DNA from: the human T2T-CHM13v2.0 reference genome, Homo sapiens
Length of the DNA stretch: 64,000 nt
Reading direction: 5' to 3' (one strand)
Assembly (NCBI RefSeq): GCF_009914755.1
Contig: NC_060926.1
Both the position numbers and the translations under genes were made by a program. Shown here piece after piece: positions 12,681 to 23,774 of the stretch. Each line of letters begins with the position of its first letter. Position 1 is the first letter of the stretch. The notes beneath the pieces are model-generated. The model was not told where the DNA came from. It made no database searches and worked only from the letters and a program-made list of their open reading frames with translations.

Positions 12681-13768
12681 ATGCAAAATGAGACCATATT
12701 ATTGACAACGAGTAAAATAAACTTAGTATATTAAGGAATTTTAGAAATAGATCATTTAAAATAGATCTAGAAACAGATCTTCGAAAACGGGGAAGTTTTG
12801 CAGGAAGAGAAGGAGATAAATGAGCTCTAGGAGGAACACCTCATCCATGAGGATGTGGGGAGACACAGAGCGGACTGGATTCTGCAGCCTGAGTGTGGCA
12901 CCTATCAGCTGTCAGCGTGGACATGGCATACATGAAGGCCTGGAGAGAGCCACTGGGGAACATGAGGACGTCGCAGAGCCCACGCCTCAAAGGCTGATTA
13001 GCTTGCGTTCATAGCTGGACACTTATGCAGCCTTGACTCTTCATCCCTCCCGGTCTTGAGTTCCTTACCGACAACTCCAGCATATTCACATCCCTCTGGA
13101 GTTGTTACAAAACAAAATGAAATAGCATTTGAAAGCCCTGAGCCCATGCCTGTCTCTGAGTAGATCTCAATATTGATAGCTTCCTTCCTCCCCTGCCCAC
13201 CTGCACATTTCTGATGGCTCAAAAGCCTGGCTCAGTAGCACACTTTCTGTGCCCCAAGGCTGACTGATGTACTGAAGGAACAAAGGGATGATCCCAATTG
13301 CACCTTCCATGTCCTGCTTACAAGGCCAGCGCCAGACATGGAAAGTTGGACTGGATGAATCTTACAGCCAATGATCTGATTATTTTTTATTTGCAGTTTA
13401 TGCTTCTATAACTTCATCCAAAACTCCATCCACGGGGCAGACTCTATGATATTTTGTCAAACAATCCGAAGAGGTTTTTGAGACTCTCAACTATGTAGCA
13501 GCTACAACTGAAGATAGGATAAAGGGTCAACAATAAGGAGGTATACAGGTGGATTCTGAGACCCTCAGACTTAATATTTAATCTTTAATTTTACTTCGAA
13601 CATCCTGTTTTCCGAGCTACCACTGTAACAGTGACCCTGAAAACTATGAGCGCTCAAGAAAGCCACATGCTTGTCTCTGCATGAAGACTCTGCAATGATC
13701 ATTCTCAACCTCCTCCACTTTCACGTGAAAAATAAACAATTTCCAATCATTTTAAGCAAACAACTCAC

Positions 13769-13851
13769 GCTATTGCTAACACTGATGTAATTACAATGGG
13801 CACATTCAACTTTCACCCTATGACCATCGGTGAAGTTCCGGATGCATTTAT
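13769..13851 (-). other. Candidate exon (83 nt), unassigned
   Basis: Minus strand ctccccacttattacAG|ATAAATG...AATAGC|GTGAGT. Only one frame is open (KCIRNFTDGHRVKVECAHCNYISVSNS); I do not recognise the peptide. Confidence 0.3.
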
Positions 13852-14049
13852 CTGTAATAAGTGGGGAGCAATTCCCATGTTACTGTCAGTGTTTTGTAAA
13901 GTGATTTTGCAAAATTCTGGGGGGTGTAACGCATTTGACCCATGAGAAAACATAAGTGTGGGACAGAAGGTCATGACATGACTTAGGAAGAAACAAAGAA
14001 GAGGTGGAGGGGCTGGGCAGAACCGCTTCACCCATTTACTGGTTGTCTG

Positions 14050-14180
14050 ACCTAAAATCCTCTGAGCTTCAGTTTCCTCATCTGTGAAAGAGATAAAAAT
14101 CATAAGCTAGCAGTGGGCAGTGCATGCAATAATGCTTTGCACATTGTCCAATTTTAGAAAGCTATCAGTGATTATTACGA
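14050..14180 (+). mobile_element. MIR fragment
   Basis: ctctgagcttcagtttcctcatctgtgaaa MIR core. Confidence 0.75.
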
Positions 14181-14244
14181 AATTTTGGTGAAGACAAAGT
14201 CATCTCATTTTTAATCTCAGTAATTCAGTGAGTCCTATAATGGA

Positions 14245-14343
14245 CCCTCCCACCACAGCGAATTCTGAATCAGACTTCACCTTCTACATGCCCTCCCACC
14301 ACAGCGAATTCTGAATCAGACTTCACCTTCTACATGCCCTCCC
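14245..14343. repeat. Perfect 46-bp tandem duplication
   Basis: ccctcccaccacagcgaattctgaatcagacttcaccttctacatg at 14245 and 14291, plus a partial third start. Confidence 0.97.
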
Positions 14344-14344
14344 T

Positions 14345-14900
14345 GACTGATCTCATCGGCACTCATGGTTTTCATTTCCACATCCATGCAGTAGACGAGC
14401 AATTCTGCACCTGAAGTCCTGTTGCTGCCTAAATTGGAGACTTGTTCCCAGACCTGACTGTTGACTTGTCAAGTCACTTGAATGTTCCACAAATACTTCA
14501 AGCTCTACAAGTCCCGAACATAAGTCACTCTCTTTCCCACAAAACCTGGCCCTTTATGTTTTATTCCTGCTCCAAGTCAATGGCATCACTGTTGACTCGT
14601 CCAAGCCAACCACAAAGGGGTCCACAGTAAGCTTCTCCCCTTCTCATATCTCCCCCGCCGATCCCATCCATTTGATCACTATGTCCTTGTAATTCCACCT
14701 CCAAAATACATGTTAAATGTCTCCTGTCTCTCCACTTCCACTACCTGAGACCAGGCCCCTAACAGATTTCATCAGGATTTCTAGTTTCCATGGCTCCAGT
14801 CCTGTCCCACTTAATCCCAACTTTCCCTGAAGCTAGAGATATTTGCAGGAAAATCTAAATCTTGTCTTCATGTGTCTGTCCATGCAGTTCAATCTGCTTT
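14345..14900 (+). mobile_element. L2 fragment
   Basis: tctcatcggcactcatggttttcatttccac...cacttgaatgttccacaaatacttcaagctc...ccacctccaaaataca, L2-like. Confidence 0.6.
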
Positions 14901-15461
14901 CTGGATATGTAAGTACAGCCCCATATCAAAGGCCCAGACATCCAAAAAATAATAATAATAAAAAACCTCAAGTCAAACTTTACACTTCCAGGAAGCTCTC
15001 GGGTTCAGCAAGGGTCTTTCAGGTTCCATGCCCTCTCTGCGTACTCCTCTCAGCACATTCGTTTCTACTGAATCACCTCCAAGTCACAGAACTGTGTGAC
15101 AGCGATACCCCGTATTCCCATGCTTCACAGACTCCCTGACAGGCAGAGGTCCAATGAAAGTCATTCACATAAAATTTAGGATGCAGGAAAGGAAAAACGA
15201 TATATTTCTCATCAGCAATCACGGGCTGGCGTATATTTGTCAGCGGTCGGCTGGCAGAGGTAGGATTTTTCCACCAGCTTCCAGGCACTTTCATTGAAAT
15301 CACCCACTCTGGACTCTGGAGCAGGTATTTTGGTGGTGTCCCTGCAATGCCTACAGCCTCCTCCTCTCCTTGTCAGCTTCCCATTAACTCACACCTGTCT
15401 GGATATCCTGAGAGCAAGCAGTGGCCTTCCTGGCTATCACTCCCCAAGGACTTATTATGTC

Positions 15462-15462
<1 letters not shown>

Positions 15463-15504
<42 letters not shown>
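15463..15504. repeat. (TG)n(TA)n compound microsatellite
   Basis: tgtgtgtgtgtg followed by tatatatata. Confidence 0.95.
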
Positions 15505-15508
<4 letters not shown>

Positions 15509-16959
15509 GTATTATTTCCTTACTGCTTGAAGATACTTAGAGTGGCTTCTGTTTTTCTGATATTCTGTATTAGAATATTCTTACCACTTGTGCTTATGAG
15601 TGACACAGCAGTGCCTCTACCAGAGGAGGTATCTAGTAGTATTTCTTAACCTGAACTGAAACTTCCCACATCCATCCACCTCCTCAGAACTCTCCAGGAA
15701 GGTAAGCAGGCAGCCAGTTCCTCCTTGTCCTCTGCTATTTCTGCCCATATTTAGGCATAAGAACAAAATGGAATTGATCATCATGGGAACAGGCATGAGC
15801 TCTGATAGGATCATTGCCAGTACTTAACTGAACTCCATGTCGGAAGCTGCTTTTGGGCCCCCACCAGTTGCCTAACATCCCGAAGGGATGCTGTGCTTCT
15901 ACAGTGCCACCCAGGAGGCTTTGGGTGAGGACATTTCATGAAACGTGTCTAGTGCATGATCCAGAGGGCTCTCCCTCATGCGGTCTGGCACACTAAGTGC
16001 TCAGTCACGTTACTTAGCTACTATTAGTAATGTTATCACTCACCTACAACCTAACCCAGCCACCTACAGCTGCCAATAATCTGGCCTGTTTCTGCTCATT
16101 ACCAGATGTTGAAATGTACCCTTCATAAGAGAGGAAATACAAATGTTTAATCAATGTATACAAAACAGCCACCTCCACTGATTAAAAAAAATTAAAATAA
16201 AAAGATCTGTTTTAATAGGTCATTGCCAATGTTGGAAAGTAGTTATAGAAGCAAACTTTACCAAATGCTCTATTAGATACTTCCAGAAGATCTATGCTTT
16301 TTTTAACCTTTCTAGAGAGCAATTTCCTGTGCTTATTAAGAATTTTTAAAACTTCATATTCTTTGATAAAAAGAAAGAATATAAAATACTAACAGAAGTT
16401 TTGACCCAAAGTTGTGTGGTGTGATCAGTGTATTGGAAGACATGGATAGCACGCTGGAAACAGAAAGCTGCTGTACTCCTTTACTCCATTGCCTTATTGT
16501 CTTACAAAACTGCTCCCTTAACTACTTTCTCCTAACTCTCAACAACGACGTGGACAGGACCCAGAACTCTTCAAGACACTCTTGGGTCATAAGAAGTTCT
16601 CTAGTCAATTGCAGATAATAGGAAATCCAATCAAATATAATATCAAAACTATAGGCTTTTACCCAGTTTAAAATTGGTCTCTTCCCAGAGTACAGACTTC
16701 CTCTGTCCAGGACACCTTCATTGAGGAAAGTGCAGAATAGAAGGATGGGTCACTGGTGGCAGGACGGAGAAAGCTCTTATTTGACTGGTTTTGTCATAAC
16801 TAGTTGTTTTTGCCATCAAATTACAAATGCTGATCCTTTCTCTGGGGAAAACATTGAGGTCTAACAGCAGGAAATTTTCTAAACAAGATATTATGTGATG
16901 TAATTTAATTTGATGCAATATTATATTACCTTTAAAAATGTCACTTCTTTAAAAAGTTT

Positions 16960-17220
16960 TCAATTACCTAGAAAAACACTCATGATAATGTGTGATGCAT
17001 AAGATAGTATACAAAAGTATATCTACCATTTGAGGGAAAGAAAATTTCCATAGAAGAAAGACTTGAATAATGTATAGGAGAAGACAATAGTATTTATCTC
17101 TGCGTGGATGGTTAAAGGATGATTTTTTACTTTTTTATAATTTTCTACAATATTCAAATGTTTTCCAATGAGGGTATACTGTTTGGGTAATCACCAAATA
17201 GAATTAAGTTTAAAAACTAA
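16960..17220 (+). mobile_element. Old L1M 3' end fragment
   Basis: AT-rich agtatttatctctgcgtggatgg...gatgattttttacttt...ttttccaatgag resembles an L1ME 3' UTR. Confidence 0.5.
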
Positions 17221-17310
17221 AGAGGGAACATGAGCATTGCCTTCTCAGGCCTGAGTGCCCTGCAGCCTTTCTCTTCTTCACCTTTCTCTGATTTGCTCAT
17301 AAGTTTACAG

Positions 17311-17382
17311 GTTAAATCATTCCCTCCAAGGAGGCAAGATTTAGCCCTTAATTCTTTAAGGCAACATCTCAGCGCTGCAATG
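17311..17382 (+). other. Candidate exon (72 nt), unassigned
   Basis: Long pyrimidine tract ending tttacAG|GTTAAA, donor ATG|GTAAGC. Open only in frame 0 (VKSFPPRRQDLALNSLRQHLSAAM). Confidence 0.35.
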
Positions 17383-17559
17383 GTAAGCAGGCCAAAGAAA
17401 GGGGAGTGCTTCTTGGCCTCTGACCGTCCCTCAGAAAGTCCCTCGCTGCCAAGAGAGAGCTTCATCCAGTGGAAGGTTATGAGCTCCCGCCTCTGTGAAG
17501 TGGGTGAGAGGACCAAAGATCTCCAAAGAGCCTCCTCCCTGGACATCCCCACCCCAGAG

Positions 17560-18000
17560 CTCCTCAGCCCTCAGCCCTCCTCTCTCATCCCCACGTGCTG
17601 TCTTTGTGATGCTATTCAATCCCATGGTTTTAAATGTCACTACAGCTGACAAATCCCCATTTTATATTTCCAGTCATCACTCCTGTCATAAGCCCTAGAC
17701 TCTTCACGCAACACCTTCCAACCTCTACAATCAGAATTTCACACACATCTCAAAATACCATTTTAAAATTTAAATCTTGATTTCCCCCAAATCCATCTCC
17801 CTTCCTGTCTTCCCCCAGCTCAGACCACTTCCTATCTGATATCCACATTGATAAAGAGATCCTATCCCCATCATTACCCAGGCCACAAGAATTAATAATT
17901 CATTCCTGATTCCTCTGTCCTTTGCATCCTACATCTGCTCTGCTGGCGAATCCTCTGGACCCAACCTCCAAACATGGCGCTTCCCCTTCTCTAGCTCTGG
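17560..18000 (+). mobile_element. L2 fragment
   Basis: attcaatcccatggttttaaatgtcactacagctgacaaatccc resembles a decayed L2 RT YADD region, followed by L2-like downstream sequence. Confidence 0.6.
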
Positions 18001-18194
18001 GCATTACACTAATAACACCCAGCCTTGATGGGGATCTGAGCCCTTCCCATAGGAGTCACCTCTCCAGTCGCAGAGACTAGGATGCTGAGGTACAGGATAG
18101 TTAGGCAGCCTGCTCCAGAGCACGCAGGCAGAGGCTGGCGCAGTGACGGCGCAGGCAGAGGCTGGCGCGGTGACGGCACAGACACACAAGAGGG

Positions 18195-19735
18195 CAAACG
18201 AGTGATGGAGTGAACAAGTGATACACTGAACAAATGACAGAGGGAACGCATGGTAGAGAAAGTGTGATAGAGTTAGTGCACGATAGTGAACACATGCTTG
18301 ATAGAGTGGGTGTGTGACAGCAAACACGTGATATGCTCAACACACGATAGAGGAAAAGTGTGATAGTGGACACATGATAGAGCAAACATGTGATAGAGTG
18401 TGTAACAGAGTGAAGGCGTGAAACACTGAATATCTGATAGAGAACACATGAGAGTGAATGCATGAGAGTTAAGTGTGATAGTGAACGCATGATACATTGA
18501 ACACGTGATACAGTGAACACATGAGAGTGAATGCATGAGAGTTAACGTGTGATAGAGTGAACATGTGAGAGCGAATGCATGATACATTGAACACGTGATA
18601 CAGTGAACATATGAGAGTGAATGCATGAGAGTTAACGTGTGATAGAGTGAACATGTGATAGAGTGAACGCATGATACATTGAACACGTGATAGAGTGACC
18701 ATATGAGAGTGAATGCATGAGAGTTAACGTGTGATAGAGTGAACATGTGATAGAGTGAAAGCATGACACACTGAACACGTGATAGTGAACACATGGTACA
18801 GCAAATGCATGATAGTGGATGCATGACAGAGTGAACATGTGATAGAGTGGACATGTGATAGAGGGAACACGTGATAAAGTGAAAGCATGAGAGTGGAAGT
18901 GTGATGCTGTGAACACGTGAGAGTGAATGCATGAGAGTGAACATGTAATAGTGAACACATGATAGCACAACTGTGCAACTGTGGGATGGAATGTACGTGT
19001 AATTGAGTGAACATGTAATAGAGCAAATGCGTGAGAGAGGCTGCATAGTAGAGAACATGTGGTACAGTGAATATGTGATAGTCCATGCATGACAGTGAAC
19101 ATGTGATAGTGAACTCATGGTAAACATGTGATAGAGCAAACATGACAGAGTGAACATGTGATAGAGTTAATGCATGACAGAGAAGGTGTGATTGTGAACA
19201 TGTGATCATGTGGTAGAGGGAACGTGTAATGAACACATGATAACACAAACGTGTGATAGAGTGGACACATTACAGAGTGAACACCGGATAGTGAATGCAT
19301 GAAAGTGAACATGAGATGATGAACACATAACATGAACGTGTGATAGAGTGTACACATTATAGAGTGAACATGGGATAGTGAACACACGAGAGTGAACATG
19401 AGATGGCATGAATGTGTGATAGTCAATGCATGAGTGTGAGCATGAGATAGAGTGAAGGTGTGACAGAGTCAATGTGTGAGAGTGGTTGTGAGATGGAGTG
19501 AACATAAGAGTGAATGTGTGATAGAGTGAGCATGTGATAGAGTGAACACGTGATAGAGTGAACACGTGATAGAGTGAGCACGTGACAGTAAACATGAGCT
19601 AGAGTGAATGTGTGAAGGTGAACGTGAGGTGGAGTGAACGTGAGATTGTCGATGCGTGAAAGTGTGTGATATATAACGTGTGGCAGAGTGTCACATGATA
19701 GAGTGAACGTTGACAGGGAACGCGCGATAGTGATT
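18195..19735. repeat. Degenerate ~14-16 bp tandem array (gtgatagagtgaacac) with ~90-bp higher-order repeat
   Basis: The 16-bp period is clear at 19517-19585. Higher-order units start at 18448, 18521, 18611 and 18703. Confidence 0.95.
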
Positions 19736-21201
19736 GAGAGGAACAAGGTGGAGGAGGAGAGAGACCCTGGAAGGGTGGTTTCATCAGGGCCCATGGCCTG
19801 CCCAGAGGGAGCTCTCCCCAGTGTCCTGGGAAAGGGGTAGGGCCAGGGAATGTGAGCCAGGCAGCCTCAAGCAGGCCGGGGCGCAGGGGCCCGGGCAGCC
19901 TCTCCCCAGATGTTCACAGTCGTGTCCCCTGCTCAGCAGAGTGGGCCTTTGGGATACTTGGGCCCCTCGCAGGTGAAGGTGCAGCCTGGCCACAGACTCT
20001 GGCCCTAAACAGTGCTCAGGACGGGGCTCAGGACAGGGTTTGGGCCAGTGAGTGAATGGGCCCACCAGGGGAGGAGAAGGATGGCATTCATCTTACTCCA
20101 AATGCCTGTTCTGAATAAGGCTCAGACATAAAAGAGAAGAAAGGGACACCAGCCTTTCTCCCACTTCACGTCTTGATTTTCTCCCTGCACATACTTCCTG
20201 GGAGTCCATTCTGGCTCTGCTTGTGGTTTCTCTGCAACCTCTTGCTCTTGGGTCATTTAGGGGCATCGGTCATCGGTGGTTCAGAAACCCCAGGAGAGGT
20301 CAATAAGGGCCTTTTAAAAATCTTTCTCCAACCACACCTTTCCTCCTAGCGTGCTGCAACTGACAAAAGGACAACAGGGAACCACTGTGGTTATGCAGAC
20401 AGGTGCACGACACTTCACAGAATTTCACAGGAGATGGGGACAGTACGGCTACAGGCCTTCTGCTTCTTCCGACTGTGTGACTGGCGGGGCCTCCAGCCGT
20501 CTCTGTCTCCCTGCAGTCCTTTGCCTCCTAGGCTGTTCCCTCATCTGCTCCCCACACCCAGGCTTCCCAGCTCACACTTCCCGGCTTGTGAATGCAGAGG
20601 TGCCGATGATGCGGGCAGCAGGCAGGGGCTGGGGCCATGAGCAGATGCCCTGGCCCCGGAGGAAGTCAGCGGTGAGCTCAAACTCCATGGTGACCAGAGG
20701 AAGAGGGCAAGGCCAAGGCCACGGACAGCCGGGCTTCAGAGGGGTAGGGCTGTCACAGAAGGGTGCGAAGCAGTGACCCAGAGTGGCAGAGGGAGCACGG
20801 CTCACTAGGGGAGAGCCAGGCTGGGGCCCCACTGGGATGTGAACCTGGGAGTGCCCACTGCATGATGAGGGACAGCAGGAGCCACCACAGGACAGGAGCC
20901 ACCCCGAGGGAGCTCGCCGAGGGCCTCACGACCTCAGGACGCTTCTATGAGGGGAACACGCAGCACCACACCTTCTTCCTACTGTGAAATTTCTGTCACC
21001 TTCAGCCAAACGCTTTCACACTGTAAGAGCTACTTCAGTTAAAAATAGATGGAAAAACCCTGTGTAGGACCAACCTCAGGAATTCCAGATGCTCTGTGCT
21101 CCAAAGTAGAAAGAAAGATGGTGCAAAGAAATCAGCTGTCCCACTTGTCTCCAAGCCATGCCAGTAGGACAGCACTTCCCCCCAGACTTCAGGAAGCTGA
21201 C

Positions 21202-21426
21202 CTCTGAGTCCAGAGGCCTGCACCTAGGGCTCGTGGGATCCAGGTGCTCTGAGTCTGGAGGCCTGCACTCAGGGCCCATGGGATCCAGGTGCTCTGAGTC
21301 TGGAGGCCTGCACCCAGGGCCCATGGGATCCAGGTGCTCTGAGTCCGGAGGCCTGCACCCAGGGCCCATGGGATCCAGGTGCTCTGAGTCCGGAGGCCTG
21401 CACCCAGGGCCCATCAGATCCAGGCA
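21202..21426. repeat. 45-bp minisatellite, ~5 copies
   Basis: GGATCC at 21236, 21281, 21326 and 21371 (AGATCC at 21416). Unit: ggatccaggtgctctgagtccggaggcctgcacccagggcccatg. Confidence 0.97.
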
Positions 21427-22484
21427 CCATATCCCAGTAGATTATTGTATGTGCTATTGCGGGTGGCACCCCACTGTGCAGGGAGGGCTACACACCAGAC
21501 AACCTGACAGAAATTCCGACTCTTGCATTCCCCCAGAATCCACATTATACAAACACACACAACTCATCAGTGAGCACTGGGGCCACACAGACTGCCTGGA
21601 GCCCCACAATGGACAAAGGTGGACATCAAATGCTCTGTCCTTTAATAAAAGACCAAGCTGAGACTTAGTGGTTCGCACCCTCAGGGGACAACACAGCTCA
21701 CAGGCACAGCAGACACTGCCTCTCAGAGCTGTATCTCCACAGCTCCAACTGTATTACCCAACCCAGAGGAGGAGCTTAAATGTCCAAATAAGATGAGACC
21801 ATCACAGCCAAGGACAGTCAGAGGGTCGTCATTTTTGAGAGAGACACCATCAGTGCTGGTCACCCGCCAAGTCACCACCTCTTAAACCTGTCTGGGCAGC
21901 TTGAGAGGCAAAGATTGTACCTGCTCAGAAAGGAACAATAGCACCCCACCAATCCTGCACTTTCTGTAAAACCCTCTGGTGCAGGTGCCCATGGGCTGGT
22001 AGACTGATCCACAGTGTTGAAAAATATCATAATATAATTTATAAAGTCAGACAGCAAAATAAAATCAAAGAGTCAACAGCCCAAGAGGTAGTGAAGAATG
22101 GCGCCATCCTCCCAAGACAGGGTGAAGCCGTTACCATCTGATGAAAGTCACGCCAGGAAGCATGGCCATGTCTGTATAGGCCAGCGGGGAACAGAAACCT
22201 CAGGACCCACCCTTGGTAAAAACATCCTCAAACCAGGCAAGTGGATGTAGTTTTCTTGAGAAAATCAATGCGAATTTCATCTCTTTTTGCTCAACCAATG
22301 GAGACTTAAGAAAAAGTATGCTAATAAAAGATGCAAAGTTGATGTAGTGACATCTTTAGGTAGCAAGGGAAACTTGCCTGCTTTAAACCACTTTTCCCTT
22401 GTAATAGAATTGTGTACAGAGAATGATAAAAATCACAGGACCTTCCAACAAAAAGGACCTGGAAATCAATCTAGTACAAACATC

Positions 22485-22590
22485 TCATCTTATAGATGAG
22501 GAAACTGAGACACAGGGAGACTGATTTGCCCACGACGGCATGAATGACCTGAGGCGTGGCTCCAACAGCCCTGAGTTCAGCTCCCCGGGA
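22485..22590 (-). mobile_element. MIR fragment
   Basis: ttatagatgaggaaactgagacacag. Confidence 0.7.
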
Positions 22591-22699
22591 GTGGATACTG
22601 GGAGAGGATGGAATTTGTTGGTGGGTTTTGGAGCACATGAACAGGAAGCAGAGGATGTTTATGTTTCTTAAGAACACTCATATCAATAATAATCAACGA

Positions 22700-22890
22700 A
22701 CACTAAGTACTTCCCAATTATCTCATTGAATGCCTAGCAACCCCACAAAGGGAGGCACCGTCACTCACATCATTGTACAGATGGAGGAAAGGAGCTTGCA
22801 ACAGTTCAGCCACTTGCCCAGGGCCACACTGATGAAAATGGCTGAGCTCGATTCAGACCCACCTCCAAGTCTGCACTCCTGAAGATGATG
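22700..22890 (-). mobile_element. MIR fragment
   Basis: attatctcattgaatgcc...gtacagatggaggaaa...cacttgcccagggccacac. Confidence 0.7.
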
Positions 22891-23082
22891 CTGTCCGTGA
22901 AATTGAACACCGGTGCCTGGATAGATGGGATGAGCACCAGGGCCTGCAATCACCGATTATTTGCCAGCTTGGGTTCCGAGCCTATGCACAGCCACGGTGG
23001 AGTCATGCCCCAGCCCTCCTGAGGTGGCCACACAGGAGAGGCATGCTCACCACCTTTCCCTAGCTCCGAATAGCACTGTGTC

Positions 23083-23685
23083 TGTGAAAGGAAAAGAAAC
23101 CTCGGGACCCCAAATCACTCAGCCAAGGCAAAAGACAAGCTGGGAACTGCATCAGGCAAAGCTGCTTCCCATTCTAGTCCTAAATAAGGTCTCTGCAAGA
23201 CAAGAAGCTACAGACCTCCCTCACAATTTGCCCACAAGGAAACTCCTTATGGACAAAGGACAGACAGAACTCAAAGTCATCCCCCTGAGGCTCCCCAGAG
23301 GCAAATGTGTATCTGATGACTTCCTCTGCCCTATTGTTTATGTAAAAATGCAGATTCACTGGGCCAGACTAAGTTGTGTATTCAGTGGAAAGGTGATCAA
23401 GGACTCAGAAGAATGCAATCTTGTGTCTCTTCTCTGCTTATGACCTAGTGGGACACTTCGAGTTGTCCCACCTTACCCAACGGAACCAGTGGACATCGTA
23501 CACATACTAACTGATGTGTCAAAGCTGCATCGTACACATACTGACTGATGTGTGAAAGCTGCACCCGGCCACCCTGGGCACGTGTCGTCGGGACCCCCTG
23601 AGGCTGTGCCACAGGCACACCCTTAATCTTGGCAAAATAAGCTTTCTACATTGACTGAGACCTGTCTCAGATATTTTGGGTTCTA
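23083..23685 (+). mobile_element. MER4-family (MER4A1/B-like) ERV1 solo LTR
   Basis: TGTGAAAGGAAAA...ctcgggaccccaaatcact...caagctgggaactgc start and ttggcaaaataa...gagacctgtctcagatattttgggtt end. Confidence 0.9.
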
Positions 23686-23774
23686 AAGGGACGGTGTTGG
23701 CTGCCTAGGAGCAAGCCTGGGAGTAGCACAGCAGATGAGGGTTTATTTCCCACAGCTCCAGGAAACCTGGGAGC

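Noticed and set aside
15140-15600. Possible ancient LTR16/MLT-like remnant around the TG/TA microsatellite
   Set aside because: Similarity is too faint to assign a family without a search.
18101-19794. Repetitive SLYHMFTLS-type ORFs on the minus strand
   Set aside because: They derive from the 16-bp tandem array and overlap in several frames.
21202-21426. Synthetic polylinker (BamHI/BspEI/StuI/ApaI/NcoI sites)
   Set aside because: Copies diverge gradually, including CpG-type changes, blend into genomic flanks, and no vector sequence is present.
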